A stretch of DNA of 64,000 nucleotides from an uncultured Planctomycetota bacterium (GCA_963752285.1 CAVVXN010000003.1:444179-508178); one strand, 5' to 3'; shown: positions 17,747 to 28,386, counted from the first letter of the stretch. The notes: generated by a model from the sequence alone, not told the origin. Program-made: numbers and translations.

Positions 17747-18841
17747 TTGAACGTCGTCGAGGTCCTCGGCCGTCGGTCCGTCGGGTTCGTTCTGAGCCTG
17801 GCGTGGCTCCTCGCCTTCGCGATCGGCTTCCTGGATCTCGTCGTCGGGCAGAGCCTCTCGCTCTCGGTCTTCTACCTGCTGCCCGTTGCGCTCGCGACCT
17901 GGTACGTCGGCCGTCCCGCGGGGTACATGCTCGCGTTCGTCTGCGCCGCGGTCTGGCTCGGCGCCGAGTACCTGTCCGGCGTGCGGGACTTCGGCCCGTG
18001 GGCGCACGTGTGGGGGCTCGGCATCCGCTTCGGCTTCCTCTTCTTCTTCGCGTGGGCGCTCTACGCGCTGAAACGGGCCGAGGACCGTCCGTGGGAGCGC
18101 GAGCTCGAGATCGCCCACGACATCCAGCTCCGCCTGCTGCCCCACGCCGTCCCCACCTGGCCCGGCTTCGAGATCGCGGTGCGCCTCGCGCCCGCGCAGC
18201 GGCTCTCCGGCGACTACTACGACTTCTTCCCGTCGCGGGACACGATGGACGTTCTCGTGGCCGACGTCATGGGCAAGGGGATCCCCGCGAGCCTCATGAT
18301 GTCGAACATCCACGCGGTCCTCCACGGCGCGCACCCGTTCCTCCCGGGGCCCGAGGACCTGAGGGACCGCGCGCGGCTCTTGAACCGCCACCTGCTCCTC
18401 TACACCGGGGCGGTCTCGTTCGTCACGCTCGTCTTCGTCGCCCTCCCTCGTACGGGCGGCACGCTCCACGTCCTGGGCGCGGGACACCCGCCCGGCCTCC
18501 GTTTCGACCGTGGCGCGATCACGCCGATCCCGTCGTCCGGACCCGCGATCGGGATCCTCGAGGACGCCGACTGGACGGTCGCCGACGTGGACCTTCCCGA
18601 AGGCGCCCTCCTCGTCCTCTACACCGACGGCGTGACCGAGGCGCGCGACCCGGAGGGCGACCTCTACGGTCCGGAGCGGCTCGAGCAGAGCCTGGGACGG
18701 GTGGCGGAGGGCGCGCGGTCGGCGGCCGAGGTGCTGGACGGCCTCCTCCTCGACCTCGAGGCGTTCACGACCGAGCCGGTCGGCAAGCAAGACGACGTGC
18801 TGGCCGTCGTGATCCGGCGCACGGGGACCGAGCGGGCCTGA
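17747..18841 (+). CDS. Membrane-anchored PP2C/SpoIIE (RsbU-like) phosphatase
   Basis: About 4 N-terminal TM helices; A..IQ..LLP, SGDYYD, ADVMGKG, GHPP, LYTDGVTEA, DDV. Confidence 0.92.
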   Translation: MNVVEVLGRRSVGFVLSLAWLLAFAIGFLDLVVGQSLSLSVFYLLPVALATWYVGRPAGYMLAFVCAAVWLGAEYLSGVRDFGPWAHVWGLGIRFGFLFFFAWALYALKRAEDRPWERELEIAHDIQLRLLPHAVPTWPGFEIAVRLAPAQRLSGDYYDFFPSRDTMDVLVADVMGKGIPASLMMSNIHAVLHGAHPFLPGPEDLRDRARLLNRHLLLYTGAVSFVTLVFVALPRTGGTLHVLGAGHPPGLRFDRGAITPIPSSGPAIGILEDADWTVADVDLPEGALLVLYTDGVTEARDPEGDLYGPERLEQSLGRVAEGARSAAEVLDGLLLDLEAFTTEPVGKQDDVLAVVIRRTGTERA

Positions 18842-19049
18842 TCGGGCGCCCTCGTCCCGGCGTGCGACCGAGGGCCCGGCCGGGACGACGTCTCGCCGAT
18901 CGCGCCCGGACCTGCGTCCGGTCCGCCGGCGACGAGGGCGCGGATCCGGAGGCGCAGCGCCGGCGCCGTCGAGGCGTTCGCGTCGGAGGCGCCGCCGAAG
19001 TTGGCGGGACGCCGGCGTGCGAGCGGGAGACGCCCGCCCGCACGGGCCC

Positions 19050-21683
19050 TCAGCGTTTTTGGAGCAGCGCCAGCGCGCGTGCGGCCTCCGCGCGTCTGGC
19101 CTCGTCGGCGTCCTCGCGGACGGTCTTCTCGAGCGCGGGCACCGCGGCGGGTCCGATCGCCGCGAGCGCCTCCGACGCCGCGGCGGGCGGCGTCTCGGGC
19201 GGGCCCTCGGCGCCGTCGAGGAACGCGGGCGCGGGGACGGTCGTGGTGAGGGCTTGGACCAAGGCCGGGATCGCGGCGCCCGCGCGCGGGCCGATGGCGC
19301 CGATCGCGCGCGCGACCTCCACGCGCACCTCGAGCTCGGGATCGCCGAGGCGCCCCACCAGCGCGTCGAGCGCCGGGAGCGCCGCGGCGCCTTGTACCGA
19401 GATCCCGTAGGCCGCCTCCCGACGCACGGTTGCGTGCTCGTCCTCGAGCGCGCCGAGGAGGGCCTCGAGACCCGGCGCGCCGAGGCGCCCCAGCGCGACC
19501 GCGGCCTCGGACCGCGTCTCGTGGAGCGATCCCCCGTAGTCGTGGGCGGCCTCCAGGTGCGCACCGAGCGGTCCGCCAAGCGCGGTCGCCAGGGCGGGAA
19601 CCGCGGCCAGGCCGGCGGGGGGGCCGATCCGGCCGATCGCGACGGCCGCGGCGCGGCGCGCCGGCTCGGGCGCGCCGTCCGCACCGAGCACGCGCACCAG
19701 GGTCTCGATCGCGTCGGCGGCCTGCGGTCCGAGGTCGCCGAGCGCGCGCGCGGCCTCGAGCCGGACGTCGAGGTCGGCGTCCTCCTCGACGAAACGAGCG
19801 AGCGAAGGCACGGCCCCCGCGCCGAACGCCGCGAGCGCGCGCACCACGAGCAGCCGGAACGAGGGCTGCTCGTCGCCGCGCAGCCGCTCGAGGGCCGGCA
19901 GGGCCCGCGCGTCGGCGATCTGCCCGAGCGCGCGTACGGCCTCGTAGCGCGCGTCCACGTCCTCCGTCGAGGGGTCGTCGAGCACGCGGAGGAGATCGGG
20001 CACCGCGGCGCGCGCGCGCGGGCCGATGGCGCCGAGCGCGCGGACGGCGGCGAACCGCTCGCGGCCGCGTCCGGCGCGCAGCCGTTCGATGGCGGCCCGA
20101 ACGTCGTCGGGCGTCTCCGCCCGGAGCGCGAGCTCGAGCTTCACGTCTTGGAGGGGGATGCCGGCCCCCTCCGGCTGGACCGTCGTGTCCACCTTGTTCC
20201 CGGTCACGGGATCGACCGCGTGGAGCACGAGCGACTGCCAGGGACAGGCGGGGAGCGCGAACGAGCCGTCCGCGGCGGTGGTCGTGCCGAGGAGGTCGTC
20301 CACCCATCCGTGGTGGTCGTCGGCCGCCGCGACCGCGACCGCCGCGCCCGCGACCGGCTTCCCGTCGGGGCCGATCACGTGGCCCGAGACGCGCCACGCG
20401 GGAACGACGAACACGTCGCCGCGCACGACCGGGCCCGCGCGGGCCGAGGGCACGACCCCGAGGTCGCGGCCGTCGCGCGATACGAGTCCCGGCGTGTCCA
20501 CGCGGAGCCGGGCCAGCGGCGCGTGCCGCCCGCCGCCGTTCGCGGGGAGTCCGTCGATCTCGTAGTGGCCGTCGGCGTCCGTCGTCGCGATCGCGGCGAA
20601 GAGCGCCGGGCGGCCGTACGCCACGACCCGCACGCCGGCGATCGGCTTTCGGTCGGGCCCCACGACCCGTCCTCCGACGCCGCGTCCGTGCGCGAGGTCC
20701 ACGGTGAGCGTCGTGCTCTTGCCCGACGCGATCGACGCGTTCTTGGGGCCGACGAGCGCCGCGCCCACCCCCGCCGCGCTCACGAACACGCCGGAGATCG
20801 TCCCCGGCGTCGTCTTCTCGATCTGGAACGTGCCGTCGGCGCCCGTGGTCGCGTCGATCCACGCGGACCGGCCCGGGTCGCCCGCGGCCGACACGATGAC
20901 CGAGACCTCGGCGCCCGTGATCGGGCCCTTCGACGTCGCGTCGATCACTTTCACCCCGAAGGTCGCGTCGCCGCCCAGGACCAGGTGCGCGCGCTCGCCG
21001 CTCGCGGGCGCGGCCAGGAGTCGGATCGACGTCGCGCCGCCGCCCTTCGCGACGGCGAGGACGAACGCGCCCTCGATGTCGTGTCCGTGCACGCGCGCGG
21101 GGACGCTCTCGAGACGGAAACGCCCGTCCGCGTCGCTCGTCCCGAGGACCGTCCCGAGCGCCGTGTAGTCACGCACGTCGTCGCCGAGCCTCGTCGAGGC
21201 GGGGCGCGCCGCGACCGTCGCGCCGGCGACCGGCTTTCCGTCGCCGTCCACGACGTCGCCCTCGACGGCGATCGCGGGACCGAGGCGGAGCACGACGGGC
21301 GCGGACGTCGGCGCCGCGACCAGCGCCACCGACACGCCGAACCCCCTCGCCTCGACGCGTGCGCCGTAGACCGTCGCCTCGACGCCGGCGATCTCGAAGG
21401 CGCCCTCTGCGTCGGTCGTGGCCGCGAGGGTCGCGGGCGGCGGCGCGAGCAGGACCGCCTTCGACGCGTCCGAGGTCTCGGCGACGATCGTGGTCGCGTC
21501 GAGGAGCAGCACGTGGGCGCCCGCGACGGGGTCGCCGTCGGAGTCCGTCACCACGCCCCGAACCGTGGCGGCCGGCGCGGCGCCTCCGGGCGCCGCGCGC
21601 GCGCCGAGCGCGCCGATGGCGAGGAGGGCGGCGACCGCCGTCCCCGCGAGGACCCGCGAAGACCACGACTCGAGGCGCGTCAT
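19050..21683 (-). CDS. Secreted protein with repeated carboxypeptidase-regulatory-like beta domains and C-terminal HEAT repeats
   Basis: GGAGGT RBS; signal peptide; repeated G.V...DGKPVAGA.V...TDADG.F units; A.ALG.IGP.A..AVP.L HEAT repeats. Confidence 0.88.
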   Translation of the reverse strand: MTRLESWSSRVLAGTAVAALLAIGALGARAAPGGAAPAATVRGVVTDSDGDPVAGAHVLLLDATTIVAETSDASKAVLLAPPPATLAATTDAEGAFEIAGVEATVYGARVEARGFGVSVALVAAPTSAPVVLRLGPAIAVEGDVVDGDGKPVAGATVAARPASTRLGDDVRDYTALGTVLGTSDADGRFRLESVPARVHGHDIEGAFVLAVAKGGGATSIRLLAAPASGERAHLVLGGDATFGVKVIDATSKGPITGAEVSVIVSAAGDPGRSAWIDATTGADGTFQIEKTTPGTISGVFVSAAGVGAALVGPKNASIASGKSTTLTVDLAHGRGVGGRVVGPDRKPIAGVRVVAYGRPALFAAIATTDADGHYEIDGLPANGGGRHAPLARLRVDTPGLVSRDGRDLGVVPSARAGPVVRGDVFVVPAWRVSGHVIGPDGKPVAGAAVAVAAADDHHGWVDDLLGTTTAADGSFALPACPWQSLVLHAVDPVTGNKVDTTVQPEGAGIPLQDVKLELALRAETPDDVRAAIERLRAGRGRERFAAVRALGAIGPRARAAVPDLLRVLDDPSTEDVDARYEAVRALGQIADARALPALERLRGDEQPSFRLLVVRALAAFGAGAVPSLARFVEEDADLDVRLEAARALGDLGPQAADAIETLVRVLGADGAPEPARRAAAVAIGRIGPPAGLAAVPALATALGGPLGAHLEAAHDYGGSLHETRSEAAVALGRLGAPGLEALLGALEDEHATVRREAAYGISVQGAAALPALDALVGRLGDPELEVRVEVARAIGAIGPRAGAAIPALVQALTTTVPAPAFLDGAEGPPETPPAAASEALAAIGPAAVPALEKTVREDADEARRAEAARALALLQKR

Positions 21684-21894
21684 GAACACCTCCCGGACCG
21701 GTCGCCGGCGATTCTTGCGCCCAGGGGAGGCCCCGACCGGGTTGGGACCCCGATGGGACGCGCACCCCCCCGCGAAAGCGGGCCGGCGCACGCGCGCGGA
21801 CACGAGCGCGGGACCGGGGCACGGGACCGGGCGCCCGTGCGACGCGCGAAGGGACCCCGCTCCCCTCCGCCCGCCCGCTCGGTGGCCCTTCCTT

Positions 21895-22410
21895 CTACTC
21901 CAGCAGCTCGTTGTACGTGGCGAGGTTCAGCCCGAGGATCCGGACCGTCCCCGCGCCCGGCTGGAACCGGACCGCGAGGCGGAACGCCGTCGGGGGGAGC
22001 CGTGCGCCGATCAGCGTGGCCCGACGGTTCGTGGCGTTGTCCACGGTCACGCTGCCGAGGTAGACGGGGTCCGTCGCGAACTGCGCGCCGTCGAGCGCCG
22101 GGACGATGCCGATCTCGAGCGTCGCCGGCGCGCTCGCGGCGTCGGCGTTCGTCACCACCTCGATCGCGGCCCGCTGGTTCCGCGCGCCCACCGCCCCGTT
22201 GTCGAGCGTGAGCGTGGAGATCCAGACCTGGCCCGGGTTCAGGGTGACGCCCACGGGCACGCTCTGGACCGCGGAGAGACCGGTCCACTTCACGGCGCTC
22301 GGGGTCGTCAGGGCGACGGGTGCGCTCGTCCCCCCGCCGCTGCCGCACGCCGCCAGGAACGCGGCGGCGAGCACGAAGCCCAGGAAGCTCCCGATGACGA
22401 TGTTCTTCAC
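21895..22410 (-). CDS. Hypothetical lipoprotein (beta-rich)
   Basis: AGGAGG RBS, GTG start, lipobox FLAAC, GC3-rich codons. Confidence 0.75.
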   Translation of the reverse strand: MKNIVIGSFLGFVLAAAFLAACGSGGGTSAPVALTTPSAVKWTGLSAVQSVPVGVTLNPGQVWISTLTLDNGAVGARNQRAAIEVVTNADAASAPATLEIGIVPALDGAQFATDPVYLGSVTVDNATNRRATLIGARLPPTAFRLAVRFQPGAGTVRILGLNLATYNELLE

Positions 22411-22563
22411 GTGTCCTCCTCGTGCCCGGCCGGCTCCGGGGCGCGTCCTCATGTAACCCCCGGGTGGTGTCCGATTCCATCGCGACGGGCGTCCGATCCT
22501 GATTCCAGGGCCGTCCGGCGCGCGTTCCGAGGAAGGGACGATCGCCGCCCGGAGGAACGAAGC

Positions 22564-24615
22564 GTGGACGACCGGCTCGGGAGCCGTGGTGTCGTGGGGA
22601 TCCTCGTGCGCGCCGGGCTCGCGGGGCTCGTGGTCCTCGTCCTCCAGATCCGGACCGAGCGGTCCCTCCTCGCGCACGGCGGGCAGTTCGTCCCTCCGCC
22701 CCCGACGCCCGACTCCTCGACCCCCCTCGACACGCCCCGGGAGACCACGCCGACGTTCGTGGACCCGGGCGTCGGCGGCCCCATCGTCACCCCGGGCGGC
22801 GGCTCGCTCCGGCCGGGCGCCGTCGGGCACCGCCCCGGCGCGGTGACGCCCTCCTGGGAGACCTCGTGGAACCTCTGGTGGCGCATCGCCGGGGAGCGCC
22901 TCGTGCCGGCGCACCGCCTCGCCCGTCTCGCGGGCGCGGTGGCCACGCCCGGCGGCGCGGTCCCGGGCGCCGCGGCGAGCGCGGGCGCATGGGTCGCCGA
23001 GCGCGACCGTCTCGTTCGCGAGCGCGTCGTCCCGCTCCTCCTCCATCTCCTCGACCCGGCGTCGAAGGCGCCCCCCGACGTGGTCGCCTCGGCGGCCATC
23101 GCGCTCGGGAAGGTCGCGTACGAGCCGGAGCAGGCCGAACCGCTCCTGGCGTGGCTCGGCGACGAGAAGGCGCCCGACCTCGCGCGCGAGGGCGCCGCGC
23201 TCGGGCTCGGACTCCTCCGGCGCACCGATCCGAAACGCCAGCTCCCGGCGGGACTGCTCGACCCCGTCCGCGCGCGCCTGCTCCAGGAGTTCGACCGCAT
23301 CGTGGACGGCAAGCACGTCCAGGTGCCGGCCCGCGCGCGCATGATCGCGATCCTGTCGATGGGGCTGCTCGGCGACCAGCCCTTCCACACCGACCCGCAG
23401 TCCGTAAGCGGCCGGCTCATGACGTCGCTCCTGTGGCAGCGCTTCACCGTCCTTCCGCACAAGACCGTGGACGCGCCGATCGCGCTCGTCACGGCGATCG
23501 GCCTCGAGCCGCCCGAAGGGGTGCCGGACGGACTTCGAAACGACCTCCTGCACCTCGCCCTGGGCCGCAAGGTGAGGAACCGGCGCTACGGCGCGTACGT
23601 CGGCGCGCACGCGCTGACGGCCTACGTGCGGCTCTCTGGCGCCGAGGGCCGCTCTGCCGCGCTCCGCATCCTCGGCGACGCGCGCGCCGAGGCCGGGCCG
23701 CGCCTCGCCGCCGTCCTCGCGATCTCGGAGGCGACGCGCGACATGTCCGCCGAGGAACGCCGCGTCGCCGCGCGGGTCCTGCTGGACGCCGCGGGCCGCG
23801 ACGAGGAGCTCCTCACGGCGGGGCTCCTCGACATCACCCTCGGCCGCCTCGTGGCCGCGGACCTCGCGGACGCGAGCGACGCCCTCCTCGCGGACGGCAA
23901 GGTGGGGGCGCTCCTGTTCGACCACCTCGAGGCAGAGCCGTGGTACCTGCAGGGCTTCAGCGCGATCGCGGTGGGGATCGCGGCCGGCGCCGCGACCGGC
24001 GACGGCGAGGCGCGCGTCGCGCTTCGCACGCGCGCCCGGGACCGCCTGCGCGCGCTCCTGGGCGACAAGACGCGCGAGGCGTCGCCGCGCGCCGCCGCGG
24101 CGCTCGCGCTGGGTCTCGCCCGCGCGACGGACGCGCGGGACGGCCTCCTCGCGATCCTTCGCGGCTCGGGCGACGCCGGGATCCGCGGCGCCGCGGCCCT
24201 CGCGCTCGCCTGGCTCGGGCCCGGCGACCCGGCGTCGGTCGCGGCGCTGCTCGCCGTCGTCCTCGACCCGAACGCACCCCCCGAGGTCCGCGAGAAGGCG
24301 GCCCGCGCGCTCTCGGCCCTCGACGCGACCGCGGCCACCGAGAAGCTCGTCGCCCTCCTCGAGAAGGGGGGGCACGCCTGGCAGCTCGCCGCGGTCACGA
24401 CGGCGCTCGGGCGCCTGGGCGACCTCGCCGCCGTGGAGCCCCTCGCCCGGATCGCGGCGTCGGACGCGTACCCGGAGCTGGTCCGCGCCATGGCCGTCGT
24501 GGGGCTCGGGATCCTCGGCGACCCGGAGGAGCGGCCGAGCCTCGAACGGCTGCTCCGCGCCCTGCCCTATCCGATGCGCACGGACGCGTTGGAAGAGCTG
24601 ATCACGATTCTGTAG
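22564..24615 (+). CDS. Secreted HEAT-repeat protein, paralog 1
   Basis: GGAGG RBS and GTG; leader ending LA|HGGQF; Pro/Thr/Gly linker; WNLWW; many A.ALG HEAT-like helices. Confidence 0.8.
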   Translation: MDDRLGSRGVVGILVRAGLAGLVVLVLQIRTERSLLAHGGQFVPPPPTPDSSTPLDTPRETTPTFVDPGVGGPIVTPGGGSLRPGAVGHRPGAVTPSWETSWNLWWRIAGERLVPAHRLARLAGAVATPGGAVPGAAASAGAWVAERDRLVRERVVPLLLHLLDPASKAPPDVVASAAIALGKVAYEPEQAEPLLAWLGDEKAPDLAREGAALGLGLLRRTDPKRQLPAGLLDPVRARLLQEFDRIVDGKHVQVPARARMIAILSMGLLGDQPFHTDPQSVSGRLMTSLLWQRFTVLPHKTVDAPIALVTAIGLEPPEGVPDGLRNDLLHLALGRKVRNRRYGAYVGAHALTAYVRLSGAEGRSAALRILGDARAEAGPRLAAVLAISEATRDMSAEERRVAARVLLDAAGRDEELLTAGLLDITLGRLVAADLADASDALLADGKVGALLFDHLEAEPWYLQGFSAIAVGIAAGAATGDGEARVALRTRARDRLRALLGDKTREASPRAAAALALGLARATDARDGLLAILRGSGDAGIRGAAALALAWLGPGDPASVAALLAVVLDPNAPPEVREKAARALSALDATAATEKLVALLEKGGHAWQLAAVTTALGRLGDLAAVEPLARIAASDAYPELVRAMAVVGLGILGDPEERPSLERLLRALPYPMRTDALEELITIL

Positions 24616-24627
24616 GGTGTCGCCCCG

Positions 24628-26616
24628 ATGGTTGCCCGCGCGGGTCCGGTTCTGCTCGTCTCGATCGCGCTCCTCCTCCTCGGCGCGCGCGCGGCCCGCG
24701 CCCACGGCGGGAACTTCCGCCTCGGCGACCCGACCCCCTCGGCGCCGCCGGGGTGGGCGCCCCCGCCCAGCACGACGCCCGGCACGGGCGGGCAGCCGTC
24801 GCTGACGCCGACCGGCCAGCCCAACGCCACGGGGACCGGGCGACGCACGCGCGACCGATCGACCCCCGACCTCTACAACTGGCTCTCCTGGTGGCTCGTG
24901 AACGGCGATGGCCTCCTGCCGAGACGCCATCCGGAGCTGTCGGTCTCGGTGCCGACCGTCACGCCCAGCGAGTCGGGCGGGCTGCCGCCCGAGCTCGAGG
25001 CGCGCGTCCAGTGGCAGCGGCGCCTCGACGAGACCGCCGCGCGCGTGGCCGTCCCCTTCCTGCTGGACCTCCTGCGAACCGACCGCTCCGCGTCCGACGA
25101 GCTGGTCGGCGCGGCGCTGATCGCCGTCGCGCGGATCGCGAAGGGCGACGCGGCCGTGGACGTGCTCCGGCGCTTCGCGTTCGACCCGAAGGCGGGCGCC
25201 GAGGTGCGCGAGTGCGCCATCGTCGGCATGGGGTTCCAGCGGCGTACGCGCGGGTCCGACCAGCTCCCCGTGGCGGAGATCCAGCACCTCCGCCACGACC
25301 TCCTCTCCCTCTTCGACGACGAGCGCCTCCCGACGCGCTCACGCGCGTTCGCGATGTACGCCCTCGCGCTCCTCGCCGACCAGCCGTACCCCGACGGCCC
25401 GATGCAACGGTACGGCCGCGACCTCTCGCGCGAGATCTTCCTGCGCCTCCGGGCGCGCTACGCCGCCGAGGATCTGCCCGTCGCGCTCCTGACGGCGCTC
25501 GGGCGCCAGCCGCCCGAGGGCGTGCCGAGCGAGGTCGTGGACGACCTCCGCGTGATCGCGCTCCGCGGACGGGGTCTCGGGCGGTCGTGGGACACGGTCC
25601 TTCGTTCGCACGTTCTCTCGACCCTCGTGGGGCTGCGGGTCCCCGACGCGGGGCGGATCGCGCTCAACGTCTTCGCGGCGGCGCGCGAGCCGGAGGTCCT
25701 CCAGGCGAGCGCGGCGATCGCGCTCACCGCCCTCGCCTCCCGGATCGACGCCCCGGCGCGGGCCGGCATCGCGTCGAACCTCCGGCGCGCGCTCCCTCGC
25801 CAGCACCGCGAGCGCGCGTTCCAGCTCGGGCTCCTCGCCCTCGGAACGCTCCTCGGCGAGGACCTCGCCGACGACTCGGAGGCGATCCTCTCGAGCGCGC
25901 ACGCGGACTCCTTCCTGCTCGAACGGCTGCGGTGGGGCAACAGCCAGGAGCGACCCTTCGCGGCGCTCGCGCTCGGCATCGCGGCCGCGCACGCGCACCC
26001 CACGAGCCGCCCGGTCCTCGTCTTCCTGACCCAGGCGCGCCGCGCGCTCGCGAAGGGGCTCGTGGACGCCCGGGGGCCGGACGACGTGGTCGCCGCGTAC
26101 GCCATCGCGTGCGGCCTCGCGCACGCCGAGGAGGCGGAGGAGACCCTGCTCGACGACGTCCACGACACGAACGCGGCGCCCGTGCTCCGCGGCCAGGCCG
26201 CGGTCGCGCTCGCGGCGCTCCGGCTCGCGGACGCCGACGTCGAGAAGGCGCTGCTCGACCTCGCGCGCGAGCGCATCCATCCGTACGTCCACGTAGAGGC
26301 GGTCCGTGCGCTCTCCATCCTCGGCGCGCACGGCGCCGTCGAGGACCTGCTGGTCCAGCTCGAAGACCGTTCGTCGCCGAGCGCCCTGCTCGTCGTCGCG
26401 ACCGCGCTCGGGCGCCTCGGCCACCCCGCCGCCACGGAGCGCCTGATCGCCCTCGCGCGCGACCCGAAGTCGCTCGAGGCCGCGCGCGTCGCGGCGGTGG
26501 TGGCGCTGGGTCTCCTCTTCGACCGCGAGGAGCCCCCGAGCCGGGTCCGCCTGAACCTCTACGCCGACTACGTCGCGCTCACCGAGTCCCTGGCCCGCTG
26601 GATCGACATCCTCTGA
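24628..26616 (+). CDS. Secreted HEAT-repeat protein, paralog 2
   Basis: Signal peptide ARA|HGGNF; Pro/Thr/Gly linker; WLSWW; HEAT-like helices; collinear with the upstream gene. Confidence 0.85.
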   Translation: MVARAGPVLLVSIALLLLGARAARAHGGNFRLGDPTPSAPPGWAPPPSTTPGTGGQPSLTPTGQPNATGTGRRTRDRSTPDLYNWLSWWLVNGDGLLPRRHPELSVSVPTVTPSESGGLPPELEARVQWQRRLDETAARVAVPFLLDLLRTDRSASDELVGAALIAVARIAKGDAAVDVLRRFAFDPKAGAEVRECAIVGMGFQRRTRGSDQLPVAEIQHLRHDLLSLFDDERLPTRSRAFAMYALALLADQPYPDGPMQRYGRDLSREIFLRLRARYAAEDLPVALLTALGRQPPEGVPSEVVDDLRVIALRGRGLGRSWDTVLRSHVLSTLVGLRVPDAGRIALNVFAAAREPEVLQASAAIALTALASRIDAPARAGIASNLRRALPRQHRERAFQLGLLALGTLLGEDLADDSEAILSSAHADSFLLERLRWGNSQERPFAALALGIAAAHAHPTSRPVLVFLTQARRALAKGLVDARGPDDVVAAYAIACGLAHAEEAEETLLDDVHDTNAAPVLRGQAAVALAALRLADADVEKALLDLARERIHPYVHVEAVRALSILGAHGAVEDLLVQLEDRSSPSALLVVATALGRLGHPAATERLIALARDPKSLEAARVAAVVALGLLFDREEPPSRVRLNLYADYVALTESLARWIDIL

Positions 26617-26697
26617 CCGTCCGGCCATCATGGGCCCGGGAGCCCTCTCCGGTGGGAGGGGGCGCGTCAGCGACGGCGGGAGGCGCCGGGAGAGAGC

Positions 26698-28386
26698 GTG
26701 CCGGCGGACTGGAACCCTCTCCTCCGCCTCGCCGTGATCCTCGTCGCGGGCGTCGCCTCCGGACGCGTCGCGCGCCGCGCCGGCCTCCCCGCGGTGACGG
26801 GCCAGATCCTCGTCGGGATCGTCCTCGGCCCCGTGCTCCACCTCTTCGACGCCGAGGCCCTCTCGGCGCTCGCGCCCGTCACGCACTTCGCGCTCGGCCT
26901 GATGGCCGTCGCCGTCGGGAGCCACCTCCACCTGAGGCGGCTGAGGAACGCGAAGAAGCGGCTGGGCCTCCTGCTCGCCGCCGAGGTCCTCTTCGTGCCC
27001 TCGCTGGTGGGCGCCGGCGTGGCCCTCCTCCCCGGCGGGTCCTGGCCGTTCGCCGTCCTGCTGGCGGCGATCGCGCTCTCGACCGCGCCCGCCACGATCC
27101 TGGCGATCGTGCGGGAGACGCGGTCGAAGGGCGTCTTCGTGAAGACGCTCGTCGCCGGGGTGGCGCTCGACAACATCGCCGCGATCACGCTCTTCGAGGT
27201 CGCCCACGCCGTGGTCCGCGCGCACCTCGACCCGACGCTCGGAGGCGGGGGGCTCGGCCTGATCGTCCTGCCGGTCCGGGTCCTCGTCCTCTCGGCCCTG
27301 CTCGGGGTCCTGGTGGGCGGCCTCCTGATCGTCCTCACGCGGAACGTGGTCCGTCCCGATCGCCTGGCCACGCTCTCGATGGTGGCGATCCTCCTCACGG
27401 CGGGGGTCGCCGCGGAGGTGCCCTACCTCTCGACCCTCCTCTCGTGCCTGTTCCTCGGCGTCGTCCTCGCCAACCTGACCCCGGAGAAGGAGGAGATCGG
27501 GCACCGCGTGTTCACGAACTTCGAGCCGGCGATCTTCGCGATCTTCTTCACGCTCGCGGGGATGGAGCTCGACTTCCAGTACGTGATGCGCGGCGGCGAG
27601 ATCGCGCTCGCGGTGTTCGCGCTCCGCTTCGCGGGCAAGGTCCTGGCGGCGGGGGTCGCGATGCGCCTCGCGGGGGCCACCGATCGCGTCCGGCGCTACC
27701 TCGGCCTCGCGCTGATGCCGCAGGCGGGCCTCGCCGTGGGCCTGATGCTGCTCGTGACCGAGGACCCGACCTTCGCGCCGATCGCGAACCTCTTCTTGGC
27801 CGTCGTGCTGACGCTCGTCGCGCTGAACGAGATCGTGGGCCCGCTCCTCGCCCGGTTCGCGCTGGCGCGGTCCGGCGACCTCGGCAAGGACCGCGCCCGG
27901 CTGATCGACTTCCTGCACGAGGAGAACATCACGACCGACCTGCACGCCGCGTCGATGGAGGACGCCATCCGGCAGCTCGTGGACCTCCTCGTCACGTCGC
28001 ACGGTCTCGACGTGGACCGGGAGCACCTCCTCGCGGCGGTCCTCGAGCGCGAGGCCCTGGCGACCACGCGTCTCGGCGACGGCCTCGCCATCCCGCACGG
28101 CGAGATCGAGGTGGGCGAGTCGATCCTCGGCGCGATGGGCGTCAGCCACGAGGGCCTGGACCTCGACGCGCCGGACGGGCGGCCCGTCCACTGCATGATC
28201 CTGCTGGCCACGCCGCCCTCCGAGCGGACGCGTCACCTGGAGGTGCTCGCCGCGTTCGCGCGCGCCATCGGCGCGGACCGTCAGGTTCAGCAGCAGCTCT
28301 ACCGGGCGACGACGCCCGCGCACGCGTACGAGCTGCTCCACGCGGAGGAGGAGGCGGAGGACTTCAACTACTTCCTCGACGAGTGA
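26698..28386 (+). CDS. CPA2-type cation:proton antiporter fused to a PTS EIIA type-2 domain
   Basis: Multi-TM Na_H_exchanger pattern (STAPA, ALDN, IFFTLAG, PQAG.AVG); C-terminal ERE...TT.LG.GLAIPHG. Confidence 0.92.
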   Translation: MPADWNPLLRLAVILVAGVASGRVARRAGLPAVTGQILVGIVLGPVLHLFDAEALSALAPVTHFALGLMAVAVGSHLHLRRLRNAKKRLGLLLAAEVLFVPSLVGAGVALLPGGSWPFAVLLAAIALSTAPATILAIVRETRSKGVFVKTLVAGVALDNIAAITLFEVAHAVVRAHLDPTLGGGGLGLIVLPVRVLVLSALLGVLVGGLLIVLTRNVVRPDRLATLSMVAILLTAGVAAEVPYLSTLLSCLFLGVVLANLTPEKEEIGHRVFTNFEPAIFAIFFTLAGMELDFQYVMRGGEIALAVFALRFAGKVLAAGVAMRLAGATDRVRRYLGLALMPQAGLAVGLMLLVTEDPTFAPIANLFLAVVLTLVALNEIVGPLLARFALARSGDLGKDRARLIDFLHEENITTDLHAASMEDAIRQLVDLLVTSHGLDVDREHLLAAVLEREALATTRLGDGLAIPHGEIEVGESILGAMGVSHEGLDLDAPDGRPVHCMILLATPPSERTRHLEVLAAFARAIGADRQVQQQLYRATTPAHAYELLHAEEEAEDFNYFLDE

